Source: an uncultured Christensenella sp.
Lineage (GTDB): Bacteria; Bacillota; Clostridia; Christensenellales; Borkfalkiaceae
Direction of reading: 5' to 3'
NCBI GenBank assembly: GCA_910579705.1
Contig: CAJTUI010000013.1
Location: 506 to 64,505, forward strand
Length of the DNA: 64,000 nucleotides
Part shown: piece by piece, positions 50,073 to 59,359 of the stretch
How the letters are laid out: each line of letters starts with the position of its first letter
Position numbering within the stretch: the first letter of the stretch is position 1
Made by a program: the position numbers and the translations under genes
Notes under the pieces: generated by a model
Database searches by the model: none
Seen by the model: only the letters and a program-made list of their open reading frames with translations
Told to the model about the DNA's origin: nothing

Positions 50073-51626
50073 ATGAAAAAAACACCTTATGCATTAATTA
50101 TAATGGACGGATACGGACTTGCCCCGTCGGGCGCAGGCAACGCCATATCAATCGACGGCAGTAAAAACGTAAACGCGCTTATAAAACAATACCCCTCCGC
50201 CACGCTCGGCGCGAGCGGAATGTGCGTGGGCCTTCCCGACGGACAGATGGGCAACAGCGAGGTCGGGCACCTGAATATGGGCGCGGGCCGTATCGTATAT
50301 CAGGACCTGACAAAAATTACGAAATCAATTTCCGACGGCGACTTTTTCAATAATCCCGCGCTTATCAAGGCAATGGATTCGGCGAAAAACAACGGCAGGA
50401 AACTTCACCTTTACGGACTTCTTTCCGACGGCGGAGTGCACAGCCACATAACGCACGTCTACGCGCTTTTGAAAATGGCGAAGATGCGCGGCCTCGAAGA
50501 ATGTTACGTTCACTGCTTTATGGACGGAAGGGACGTTTCCCCCACCTCCGGCGCGGACTTTATTCGCGGACTGCAAGCCGAAACCCAAAAGCTTGGCATA
50601 GGAAAAATAGCGTCGGTTTGCGGCAGATACTACGCTATGGACCGCGACAATAACTGGGACAGGATAGAAAAGGCGTACGATATGCTCACGCTCGGCGATG
50701 GAATTTCCGCGACCGACCCCGTAAAAGCCGTTGAGGACAGCTATGCGGACGGCGTTACGGACGAGTTTATCCTCCCCACTAAAATTTACGAGGACGGCAA
50801 GCCGCTCGGACTTATCGAAAAGGCAGACAGCATAATTTGTTTCAACTTCCGCCCCGACCGCGCAAGACAGATTACGCGCGCCGTATCACAGCGCGAATTT
50901 ATCGTCCCCAAGGGCACGGCATTCGAAAGAAAGACGGGTTATCTCGACCCCGTATACGTCTGCTTTACCGTTTACGACGCGCTTTTCGAAGGCATAGACA
51001 TAGCGTTCCCCAAAACGTCTATGGAAAACACGCTCGGAGAATACCTTGCTAAACTCGGCAAGAAACAGCTGAGAATAGCCGAAACCGAAAAATACGCGCA
51101 CGTTACGTTCTTCTTTAACGGCGGCGTCGAGCAACCCAACGAGAACGAAGTGCGCGACCTTATCCCCTCGCCAAAGGTTGCTACGTACGATTTACAGCCC
51201 GAAATGAGCGCTTATGAGGTAACCGACAAGGTTCTCGAAGAGCTTGACGGCGGCGAGTTCGACGTTGTGATTTTGAACTTCGCTAACTGCGATATGGTCG
51301 GACACACGGGCGTTATCCCCGCGGCGGTCAAGGCCGTAAATACCGTTGACGAGTGCGTAAAGAAAGTGCTTGACAAAATACTTGAAATGGGCGGCTCCGC
51401 ACTACTTACCGCAGACCACGGAAACGCGGATAAACTATTGTCCGAGGACGGATCCCCCTTCACCGCTCACACGACGAACCCCGTGCCCGTAGTGCTTGTT
51501 TCGGATAAGTACAAGAACGTGAAACTGCGCGAGGACGGCGTGCTTGCCGACCTTGCCCCCACGCTTTTACAGCTTATGCAACTGCCCGTACCCGCGGAAA
51601 TGACGGGAAAAAGCCTTATAAAATAA
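50073..51626 (+). CDS. gpmI: 2,3-bisphosphoglycerate-independent phosphoglycerate mutase
   Basis: 517 aa. Motifs LIIMDGYG, NSEVGHLNMGAGR, ADHGNA. Confidence 0.95.
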   Translation: MKKTPYALIIMDGYGLAPSGAGNAISIDGSKNVNALIKQYPSATLGASGMCVGLPDGQMGNSEVGHLNMGAGRIVYQDLTKITKSISDGDFFNNPALIKAMDSAKNNGRKLHLYGLLSDGGVHSHITHVYALLKMAKMRGLEECYVHCFMDGRDVSPTSGADFIRGLQAETQKLGIGKIASVCGRYYAMDRDNNWDRIEKAYDMLTLGDGISATDPVKAVEDSYADGVTDEFILPTKIYEDGKPLGLIEKADSIICFNFRPDRARQITRAVSQREFIVPKGTAFERKTGYLDPVYVCFTVYDALFEGIDIAFPKTSMENTLGEYLAKLGKKQLRIAETEKYAHVTFFFNGGVEQPNENEVRDLIPSPKVATYDLQPEMSAYEVTDKVLEELDGGEFDVVILNFANCDMVGHTGVIPAAVKAVNTVDECVKKVLDKILEMGGSALLTADHGNADKLLSEDGSPFTAHTTNPVPVVLVSDKYKNVKLREDGVLADLAPTLLQLMQLPVPAEMTGKSLIK

Positions 51627-51631
51627 TCTTA

Positions 51632-51662
51632 CCCCGCACGTTACGTGCGGGGAATTTTTTTA
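51632..51662 (+). terminator. Intrinsic terminator after gpmI
   Basis: ccccgcac-gttac-gtgcgggg followed by aattttttt. Confidence 0.8.
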
Positions 51663-51673
51663 AGCGTAATTAT

Positions 51674-51702
51674 TTGCCTAAATTTTTTATTTGAAATATA
51701 AT
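51674..51702 (+). promoter_or_regulatory. Promoter TTGCCT-17-TATAAT ending 7 nt before the transporter ATG (leaderless-type)
   Basis: ttgcctaaattttttatttgaaatataat aatactg ATG. No SD. Confidence 0.55.
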
Positions 51703-51709
51703 AATACTG

Positions 51710-52669
51710 ATGCTGATTAAACAACCCGAAAAATTCTTCTCTAAAAATTACGTAGTGTGCATATGCGCAATCCTGTGCTGCGTGCTGTGGGGCAGCGCTT
51801 TCCCCTGCGTTAAAATAGGCTATAAGCTTTTCGACGTGGACACGCAGAACGTGCCCTCGCTTATGCTGTTTGCGGGAACCAGATTTGCGCTGGCAGGCGT
51901 GCTTGTAATCATATTCGGCAGTATCCTCAAACGCAGATTTTTATTGCCCAAAGCAAAAAATTTATGGCGCGTGGGCCTGCTGTCGGTATTCCAGACAATC
52001 GCACAATACACCTTTTTTTATATAGGTCTTGCCAACACGGCTGGCGTCAAGGCCTCGGTATTGAACGGACTGGGCGTGTTTTTCACGATTATAGCCGCCT
52101 GTTTCATTTTCCGCACGGAAAAGTTCAATCTCATTAAATTCGCGGGTTGCGTGCTAGGGTTCGGCGGCGTGATACTCATAAATCTCGGCGGCGACTTTTC
52201 TTTCACGTTTACCCTGCTCGGCGAAGGATTCGTAATTTTTTCGGGCCTGTCCGCGGCCGTTGCGGCGGGGCTTGTCAAGGTCTTTTCGAAATACGAGGAC
52301 ACCACCGCGCTTTGCGGCTATCAGTTCTTCATGGGCGGAACGGTGCTTGTAATTATCGGGCTTGCTACCGGCGGCGAGTTCCGTCCCGTTGCAGTCGGCA
52401 GTATCTTTATGCTACTCTATCTCGGGTTTCTATCGGCGTGCGCGTTTACGTTGCAGGGGTTTCTGTTGAAGTTCAATCCCGTGTCCAAAGTTGCGGTGTT
52501 CAAGAGCACCAATCCCATTTTCGGCGCGGTGTTTTCGGCGATTATACTCGGCGAAAGCGACCAGCTTTTATCCTACACCACGCTGATTGCGCTTGTGCTT
52601 GTGTGCGCTGGAATATTTATAATAAACAAATTCGGGGAAAAGAGTTTAAAATTTAAAAAATCGGGATAA
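51710..52669 (+). CDS. DMT-superfamily (EamA) transporter
   Basis: 319 aa, ~10 TM, two EamA-like halves. Confidence 0.8.
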   Translation: MLIKQPEKFFSKNYVVCICAILCCVLWGSAFPCVKIGYKLFDVDTQNVPSLMLFAGTRFALAGVLVIIFGSILKRRFLLPKAKNLWRVGLLSVFQTIAQYTFFYIGLANTAGVKASVLNGLGVFFTIIAACFIFRTEKFNLIKFAGCVLGFGGVILINLGGDFSFTFTLLGEGFVIFSGLSAAVAAGLVKVFSKYEDTTALCGYQFFMGGTVLVIIGLATGGEFRPVAVGSIFMLLYLGFLSACAFTLQGFLLKFNPVSKVAVFKSTNPIFGAVFSAIILGESDQLLSYTTLIALVLVCAGIFIINKFGEKSLKFKKSG

Positions 52670-52754
52670 AATTTTTTAAACGGCCGCATTTTTGATTGTA
52701 ATTATTTTTTAACTGTGTTATACTCTTTAAGTAAATTTATTTGCGAGGATTATT

Positions 52755-53045
52755 ATGGTATCTAATTTACTTATCCGTGAAGGTTTATATCCCGTATATC
52801 TGGCATTGTCGATTACCTGCCTTGTTATATTGTTTGTCGTGGCGCTTTTGACTATCATTATAGTTTTGTTCCAGAAAAGTAATTCGGACGGTATCCAGGG
52901 CATAACCGCTTCAAGCGAAACTTTCTTCGGTAAAAACAGAGGACAGTCTATCGAAAGCAAATTGAAGAAATGGACCTGGATTTGTTTGGGCGTACTCGCT
53001 TTTCTTTCAATCGCTATCTTTATAGTCAATCTGGTTGTTGCGTAA
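52755..53045 (+). CDS. secG: Preprotein translocase subunit SecG
   Basis: 96 aa. Two TMs flanking QKSNSDGIQGITASSETFFG. Confidence 0.8.
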   Translation: MVSNLLIREGLYPVYLALSITCLVILFVVALLTIIIVLFQKSNSDGIQGITASSETFFGKNRGQSIESKLKKWTWICLGVLAFLSIAIFIVNLVVA

Positions 53046-53063
53046 AATTAAAGATTATCAGGG

Positions 53064-53091
53064 GCGGCTTTTCAAAGCCGCTTTATTTTTT
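53064..53091 (+). terminator. Intrinsic terminator after secG
   Basis: gcggct-tttcaa-agccgc followed by tttatttttt. Confidence 0.6.
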
Positions 53092-53095
53092 GGTT

Positions 53096-55162
53096 ATGAA
53101 ATTAGAACAGAGATTATTTAACGAAATTAAAAACGGCAGGCTTGCGTTTAAGAACCTGACCCAGATTATCAGCACCCCTCCATTTATCGCGCACAATAAA
53201 CAGGAGAAAAAAACCGTCAGGCTTGCGCTTAAGCTGCTTGAAGAGCAGGATAAAATCGTCTGCGACAGAAAGGGGCGTTACTGCACGCCAGAGCAGCTGG
53301 GCGTGTTTTGCGGTAAAGTTCAGGGCAACGAGCGCGGTTTCGCATTCATTAAACCCGACGGCGGCGGAACGGATTTTTTCGTGCCGCGCAGTTCGCTTAA
53401 CGGCGCGTTCGACGGCGACAGGGTAATTGCGGCGCACGTGCGCGGAACCGAGGACGAGGCCTATATCATTAAAATACTCGAACGCGGCCGCAGCACGGTC
53501 GTTGGCACATACGAGCGCGGGCGGCTTTATCCGGACGATTTGAAAATGCCCGAAGTCATAATCCCTTCCCCCCTTTCCCTTAACGCCGCGGACGGCGACA
53601 AGGTTGTGTGCGAGATTACTGCCTATCATAAAAACGGACTGCCCGCAGGGAAAGTTACCGAGATTTTGGGCGAGGGCGGCGACTTTTTAACCGAAGAGCT
53701 TGGCATTATCCGCGCTTACGGGCTTTACGAGCAGTTTCCCGAACACGTTCTGAAACAGGCGGCCGAGGTCAGTGCCGAAAAAATCAGGGTCGACGGCAGG
53801 AAAGATTTAAGGGATAAAATCATATTCACTATCGACGGAGCCGATACCCGCGATATAGACGACGCAATTTCGCTTGAAATGCGGGACGGAAATTACGTTT
53901 TAGGCGTGCATATCGCAGACGTAAGCCGATACGTGAAATACAAGTCCGCACTTGACAAGGAGGCCTATGCCCGCGGCACAAGCGTGTATTTCCCCGACAG
54001 GGTTTTGCCGATGTTACCGAAAGACCTTTCAAACGGCGCGTGCTCTTTAAACGAGGGCGAGGACAGATACGCGCTCTCCTGTATTATGACGTTCGATAAG
54101 GACGGCAATCGCACCGGCGCGGAGATTTGCGAAAGCGTGATTAACAGCGCGCATAAAATGACTTATATAGACGTGACCGCCATTTGCGACGGCGACTGCG
54201 TTCTGCGCGAAAAATACGCCGATATCGCGTGCATCGTAGACAATATGAAAGAGCTTTGCCTTATTATGGAAAGAAGACGGCAGGGCGCGGGCGAAGTCAA
54301 CCTCGACGTGCGCGAGGCTAAAATATATATGAACGAGGACGGCGAGATAGTTATCCCCGATTACGAGCGCGGTATTTCAGAACGGATTATCGAGCAGTTT
54401 ATGATTGCCGCAAACGAAACGGTTGCGGAATTCCTGCTCGGGAAAGAGGCGCCCTGCCTCTACCGCGTGCACGAAACGCCCGCGCCCGAGAAGGCGCAGA
54501 CGCTTGCATCGTTTTTAAGGGATTTGGGAATTAACGCAAAGCTCGATTCGGAGAACGTAAAGCCAGCGGATTTTCGCGATATTTTGAACCGCGTTGCGGA
54601 CAGGCCTTTCGCCGCCGTAGTAAACAAGGTTATGCTGAGAAGTATGCAGAAAGCGAGATACTGCGAAAAAAACCTCGGACACTTCGGGCTTGCGTCAGCG
54701 TGCTATTGCCACTTCACCTCCCCTATCCGCCGCTATCCGGACTTGTTTGTGCACCGCGCGGTGAAAGCGGTCTTGCAGGGCAACCGCAATAAATTGCAGA
54801 CCTACGCCGAAATTTCCGCGCAGACGGGCATCGACTGCTCCGAACGCGAGCGCGTTGCCGACGAGGCCGAGCGCGCCGTGGACGATTTATACAAAGTCGT
54901 GTATATGTCCGAGCACATAGGCGAAACCTTCGAAGCGACTGTTTCGGGCGTAACCAACTTTGGAGTGTTCTGCGAGCTTGACAATGCTATAGAAGGCCTC
55001 ATTCCCATAGAAACCCTGCCGCGCGACAAGTACGAGTTTATCGCGGAAAAGTTTATGCTTAAAGGCGGAAAAAACTGTTATAAACTGGGCGACAGGCTGA
55101 AAATACGCGTGGATAACTGCGATTTCGGCAGAATGCGCGTAATGTTTTCGCTTGACGGCTGA
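53096..55162 (+). CDS. rnr: Ribonuclease R
   Basis: RNB-domain motifs (TIDGADTRDIDDA) and a C-terminal S1 domain. Start set at MKLEQRLF. Confidence 0.9.
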   Translation: MKLEQRLFNEIKNGRLAFKNLTQIISTPPFIAHNKQEKKTVRLALKLLEEQDKIVCDRKGRYCTPEQLGVFCGKVQGNERGFAFIKPDGGGTDFFVPRSSLNGAFDGDRVIAAHVRGTEDEAYIIKILERGRSTVVGTYERGRLYPDDLKMPEVIIPSPLSLNAADGDKVVCEITAYHKNGLPAGKVTEILGEGGDFLTEELGIIRAYGLYEQFPEHVLKQAAEVSAEKIRVDGRKDLRDKIIFTIDGADTRDIDDAISLEMRDGNYVLGVHIADVSRYVKYKSALDKEAYARGTSVYFPDRVLPMLPKDLSNGACSLNEGEDRYALSCIMTFDKDGNRTGAEICESVINSAHKMTYIDVTAICDGDCVLREKYADIACIVDNMKELCLIMERRRQGAGEVNLDVREAKIYMNEDGEIVIPDYERGISERIIEQFMIAANETVAEFLLGKEAPCLYRVHETPAPEKAQTLASFLRDLGINAKLDSENVKPADFRDILNRVADRPFAAVVNKVMLRSMQKARYCEKNLGHFGLASACYCHFTSPIRRYPDLFVHRAVKAVLQGNRNKLQTYAEISAQTGIDCSERERVADEAERAVDDLYKVVYMSEHIGETFEATVSGVTNFGVFCELDNAIEGLIPIETLPRDKYEFIAEKFMLKGGKNCYKLGDRLKIRVDNCDFGRMRVMFSLDG

Positions 55163-55169
55163 AAAATTA

Positions 55170-55198
55170 TTTTACTATTAAAAAATTTATGGTATAAT
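55170..55198 (+). promoter_or_regulatory. TG-extended -10 (TGgTATAAT) ending 7 nt before the smpB ATG (leaderless-type)
   Basis: tatggTATAATattctatATG. No SD. Confidence 0.5.
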
Positions 55199-55205
55199 AT
55201 TCTAT

Positions 55206-55658
55206 ATGAAAACTATTGCGTATAACAGATACGCCACGTACGAATATTTTGTTCTTGAAAAGTACGAGGCGGGAATAGCGCTTGAAGGCGCGGAAGTCAA
55301 GTCTTTGAGGGCGGGAAACTGCAACCTTAAAGACAGCTTTTGCTTTATACGCGACGGCCAGCTTACGCTTAAAAACGCGCATATCGCCGTATACGACAAG
55401 GCGGGCGCGTTCTCTACGAAAGAGAGCAAGCGCGACAGAAAACTTCTTATGCACCGCTATGAAATAGATAAGATAGTCGGGAAAATAAACGAAAAGGGCT
55501 ACACCCTTATCCCGCTGTCGATTTATTTTTCTGGCAGTCTTGTAAAAGTCGAGGTGGCGCTTTGCAAGGGCAAGCAGAACTTCGATAAAAAACGCACCAT
55601 TGCCGAGCGCGACCAGAAACGCGCTCTGGACAGGCAGATAAAAGAATATACTAAATGA
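55206..55658 (+). CDS. smpB: SsrA-binding protein SmpB
   Basis: 150 aa. Motifs EAGIALEGAEVKSLR, RDRKLLMHR. Confidence 0.95.
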   Translation: MKTIAYNRYATYEYFVLEKYEAGIALEGAEVKSLRAGNCNLKDSFCFIRDGQLTLKNAHIAVYDKAGAFSTKESKRDRKLLMHRYEIDKIVGKINEKGYTLIPLSIYFSGSLVKVEVALCKGKQNFDKKRTIAERDQKRALDRQIKEYTK

Positions 55659-55667
55659 GGATAAACT

Positions 55668-56939
55668 ATGGAAAACTATAAACCCGACACACTTTGCGTA
55701 CAGGCGGGATATTCCCCCAAAACGGGCGAGGCAAGAATACCGCCCGTAGTCCAGTCCACCACGTTCGTCTACGAGAAAACTCAGGATATGGCGGACCTGT
55801 TCGACCTTAAAAGCGACGGCTATTTCTATACGAGGCTTGCAAACCCCACCGTCGCCGCGTTCGAAGGTAAAGTCGCGGCTCTCGAAGGCGGAGTCTGCGG
55901 CATAGGCTGCGCGTCGGGAATGAGCGCGACTGCGCTTGCAGTGTTTACCGTTGCCGGCGCGGGCGACAATATACTTTCCTCGCAGGCGGTATACGGCGGA
56001 ACTTACAACCTCTTCTCCACCACCTTGCCAAAGCTTGGCATAGAGTGCAGATTTTTCGATCCAGACGCACCCGCGGAAGAAATCGAAAAGCTTATCGACG
56101 ATAAGACGAGAATGATATTTACCGAAACGGTTGCCAACCCCGCGATAATCGTGCTCGATTTCGAAAAAATCAATGCGATAGCAAAAAGACACGGAGTTCT
56201 GTTTGCGGTTGACAACACGCTTGCAACGCCCGTGCTGTGCCGCCCTAAGGAATGGGGAGCAAACATTATAATCCACTCCTCCTCCAAATATCTCGACGGG
56301 CACGCGGCGGCGCTGGGCGGTATGATTATAGACGCGGGTAATTTCGATTTCAAGGGCAAAGCGCGCTACGCGCAGTTCAACACTCCGGACGAAAGCTATC
56401 ACGGACTTGTGTACGCGGATTTACCCGTTGCGTTCGGAACGAAATGCCGCGCGCAGATGATGAGGGATTTCGGCGCGATTTTAAGCCCGCAAAACGCGTT
56501 TTTAGCGTATCTGGGCTGCGACACGCTTGCGCTGAGAATGGAGCGCCACTCCTCCAACGCCGCAAAGGTTGCCGAATATCTTTCCAAGCACCCTAAGATA
56601 GAATGGATTTTGCACCCCTCTTTAAAGGACAACAAATACAACGCGCTCGCGAAAAAGTATCTTCCGAACGGTCAGGGCGGAATGATGAGTTTCGGCATTA
56701 AGGGCACCGTGGAAAAATGCGCGCGGTTTATGGAGGCGTTGAAACTTATCACGCAGGAAACGCACGTTGCGGACGTGAGAAGTTGCGTGTTGCACCCCGC
56801 CTCCACCACGCACCGCCAGCTTTCCGAGGAGGACCTTGTCAAAGCGGGCGTGCCGCACAATCTTATAAGACTTTCGGTGGGAATAGAAAACCCCGACGAT
56901 ATTATCGCCGATTTGAAACAGGCGCTTGAAAAGGTTTAA
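55668..56939 (+). CDS. metY: O-acetylhomoserine sulfhydrylase family PLP enzyme
   Basis: 423 aa. Cys/Met-metabolism PLP family; motifs YTRLANPT, HSSSKYLDGH. Confidence 0.85.
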   Translation: MENYKPDTLCVQAGYSPKTGEARIPPVVQSTTFVYEKTQDMADLFDLKSDGYFYTRLANPTVAAFEGKVAALEGGVCGIGCASGMSATALAVFTVAGAGDNILSSQAVYGGTYNLFSTTLPKLGIECRFFDPDAPAEEIEKLIDDKTRMIFTETVANPAIIVLDFEKINAIAKRHGVLFAVDNTLATPVLCRPKEWGANIIIHSSSKYLDGHAAALGGMIIDAGNFDFKGKARYAQFNTPDESYHGLVYADLPVAFGTKCRAQMMRDFGAILSPQNAFLAYLGCDTLALRMERHSSNAAKVAEYLSKHPKIEWILHPSLKDNKYNALAKKYLPNGQGGMMSFGIKGTVEKCARFMEALKLITQETHVADVRSCVLHPASTTHRQLSEEDLVKAGVPHNLIRLSVGIENPDDIIADLKQALEKV

Positions 56940-56942
56940 TTT

Positions 56943-57863
56943 ATGCCCATAGTTATTGATAAGGATATACCCGCGTATAAAATACTGACGGGCGAGAGAA
57001 TATTCGTAATGGACAGCCAGAGGGCGGTTTCGCAGGAAATCCGTCCGATTGAGATTGCGATTTTAAATCTTATGCCCACCAAGGAAACCACGGAAACGCA
57101 GTTTATGCGGCTACTGTCCAACTCTCCCTTACAAGTCAATATCACGCTTATCAAAACTTCCACTTATAATTCCACGCACACGGACAAAAGCCATCTGGAC
57201 AGATTTTACAAGCAGTTCGATGAGATTAAGCACGCCAAATTCGACGGTATGATTATAACCGGCGCACCCGTTGAGAATATGCCGTTCGAAAAGGTTGCGT
57301 ACTGGGCGGAGCTGAAAGAGATACTTGACTGGACCAGGACGAACGTGACCTCCACCCTGTTTATCTGCTGGGGCGCGCAGGCGGCGTTGCACTACTTCTA
57401 TAAAATAAAAAAGCACCCGCTGAAAGAAAAGTGCTTTGGAATATTCGCGCATAACCGCGTCAGAGACGGCGTGCCCGAACCGCTTATGCGCGGCATTTCG
57501 GACGAGTTTCATATGCCGCATTCGAGGCATACGATTGTTTACGCAAAGGATATACTCGACGTGAAAAACCTTAAAATACTCGCGTACAGCAAGCGCGCGG
57601 GCGCGTCGATAATTAAGAGCGTGGACAACAGACAGGTTTTCGTTACGGGGCATATGGAATACGACCGCTACACGCTTAAAAACGAATACGAGCGCGACCT
57701 TGAAAAAGGGCTGGACATTAAACCGCCCGCAAACTATTTTTCCGACAAGCAAAAAACCGAAGTTAAAATGAACTGGTCGTCGACCGCAAACCTGTTCTAC
57801 ATAAACTGGCTGAACTACTACGTATATCAGGTAACGCCTTACGATATAAACGAGCAAAGATAA
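56943..57863 (+). CDS. metA: Homoserine O-acyltransferase MetA
   Basis: 306 aa. Motifs IAILNLMPTK, GMIITGAP, ICWGAQAAL. Confidence 0.9.
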   Translation: MPIVIDKDIPAYKILTGERIFVMDSQRAVSQEIRPIEIAILNLMPTKETTETQFMRLLSNSPLQVNITLIKTSTYNSTHTDKSHLDRFYKQFDEIKHAKFDGMIITGAPVENMPFEKVAYWAELKEILDWTRTNVTSTLFICWGAQAALHYFYKIKKHPLKEKCFGIFAHNRVRDGVPEPLMRGISDEFHMPHSRHTIVYAKDILDVKNLKILAYSKRAGASIIKSVDNRQVFVTGHMEYDRYTLKNEYERDLEKGLDIKPPANYFSDKQKTEVKMNWSSTANLFYINWLNYYVYQVTPYDINEQR

Positions 57864-57867
57864 AGAC

Positions 57868-57895
57868 AGCCCTCTGCCTGTTTCGGCAGAGGGCT
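57868..57895. terminator. Bidirectional hairpin between metA and the protease gene
   Basis: agccctctgcc-tgtttc-ggcagagggct. Confidence 0.7.
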
Positions 57896-57900
57896 ATTTA

Positions 57901-59310
57901 TTAAACTACGTAATTTTTGAAGTATTTAGAAGAATCGAACTTTATCGATAATTTCGTTTCCGTTTCATCACGCTCAACCGTCAGATTCAAGGTATCGCCC
58001 TCGCGAACGGAAAGCATAGCCTCGGGCAGGTGATAACGGCGGGTAATTTCCATATACGGCTGTTTCACCTCTCCGTCCGCTCCCAGAATTTCCAAGCCCC
58101 TGAAATAATCGCCTTCGCGCAGAACGCCCTGTGAAGGCGCGCCGCTTACTTCTAAGACTTTAATCTGCTCGTAAATCTCGGCAAGGCCCGTTTCCTTGTT
58201 GTATTGAGAATACGTGTCGGTGACATCGTGTTTAACGTTCAGCATCGCCTTGTAAACCCCGCCGTTAGTAAGCATTTTGTTACCGTTATCGACGTAGTTT
58301 TCATACATAAGCGACAACAGCCGCCTGACGCTGTTTGCGGGGAGAGCGTAACCCATATTGTCCGCGCCCTCTTCGTCCGACTTGGCGTTTACGATTGCGA
58401 TAATTTCGCCCTTGGTGTTATACAGCGCTCCGCCCGAATTGCCGTGGTTTACGGCCGCGGTAGTGCGCAATACCCTGTAAGACACATAATCGTCTTCGTA
58501 ATAAGCATTTTCTTTCAGCGACAACAATATATTCTCGCTGTCCCTGCTGATTATTCCGTTCGACGCCGAAACGCCTTCGCCAGACGCGTTTCCGACCGCA
58601 TAGACGTACTCTCCGACGTTGACGTCGGCCTGCATCGAAAAGCTTGACGCAACGGCGTCGCTGCGCCTTAAAACCTCGCTGTCTGAAACTTTCAAAAGCG
58701 CTATATCGTACGTGACGGACGCACCTATGATTTCGGCGTCCATTCTGTAATTTTCGTCGCCAGAGATATTGTAATTCAAATCAACTTTATAATTGATATC
58801 GTTCTCGTCCTGTCCGTAAAGATACAGTCTTATATCCTGACAGAACGTGCTGTCGGAAGTATCGTCGTAGATAACGTGACAGTTGGTTACGACGTACGCG
58901 TCGCCCGCGCTCTTGTCAAGCCACAGTATCGCGCCCGAGCCCGAGTAAACCTTGTAGGTCGTGCGGGTGCTAGAAAGCCCCGGAATACTGCTGGGCCGCG
59001 AGGCCTGAGTATACGCGAAACGCGAAAGTATGGAAACGCCCGACATAAGCGATTTGTTGATAACGGACTGTAAACCGGTCTGGTTTTCCACGTCCTCTTT
59101 ATCGTAAGTAAGATACTCTTTCAAAAACTCTTCAAGCGAAAGATTTTCGTTGCCGGGGATTGTTTTTGCCGCCTCGTACAAGTCGTAAACCGTGACGTCC
59201 TGAGCGGATTTACCGTCCCGCCCGTCTCTTCCGTCCTTGACGGAGCAACCCGTAAATAACATCAACGCGGCCAAAGCCGCGGCGACGATTACCGTTAAAA
59301 TTTTCTTCAT
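57901..59310 (-). CDS. Trypsin-like (S1) serine protease lipoprotein
   Basis: 469 aa. Lipobox FTGC. Motifs VTNCHVI, HGNSGGAL. Confidence 0.8.
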   Translation of the reverse strand: MKKILTVIVAAALAALMLFTGCSVKDGRDGRDGKSAQDVTVYDLYEAAKTIPGNENLSLEEFLKEYLTYDKEDVENQTGLQSVINKSLMSGVSILSRFAYTQASRPSSIPGLSSTRTTYKVYSGSGAILWLDKSAGDAYVVTNCHVIYDDTSDSTFCQDIRLYLYGQDENDINYKVDLNYNISGDENYRMDAEIIGASVTYDIALLKVSDSEVLRRSDAVASSFSMQADVNVGEYVYAVGNASGEGVSASNGIISRDSENILLSLKENAYYEDDYVSYRVLRTTAAVNHGNSGGALYNTKGEIIAIVNAKSDEEGADNMGYALPANSVRRLLSLMYENYVDNGNKMLTNGGVYKAMLNVKHDVTDTYSQYNKETGLAEIYEQIKVLEVSGAPSQGVLREGDYFRGLEILGADGEVKQPYMEITRRYHLPEAMLSVREGDTLNLTVERDETETKLSIKFDSSKYFKNYVV

Positions 59311-59359
59311 TGCAAAATCCTTGTGACGTTTGCTTTAATTATAAACAGAAAAATACGTT

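Noticed and set aside
52970-53095. An N-terminal extension of the RNase R ORF that overlaps secG and its terminator.
   Set aside because: The extension reads through the secG 3' end and a terminator hairpin. The RNase R-like sequence begins at MKLEQRLF (ATG 53096).
55167-56402. A 411-aa minus-strand ORF spanning smpB and the first half of metY.
   Set aside because: It crosses two well-supported plus-strand genes and their junction, has no SD or promoter, and its composition is typical of a shadow ORF.
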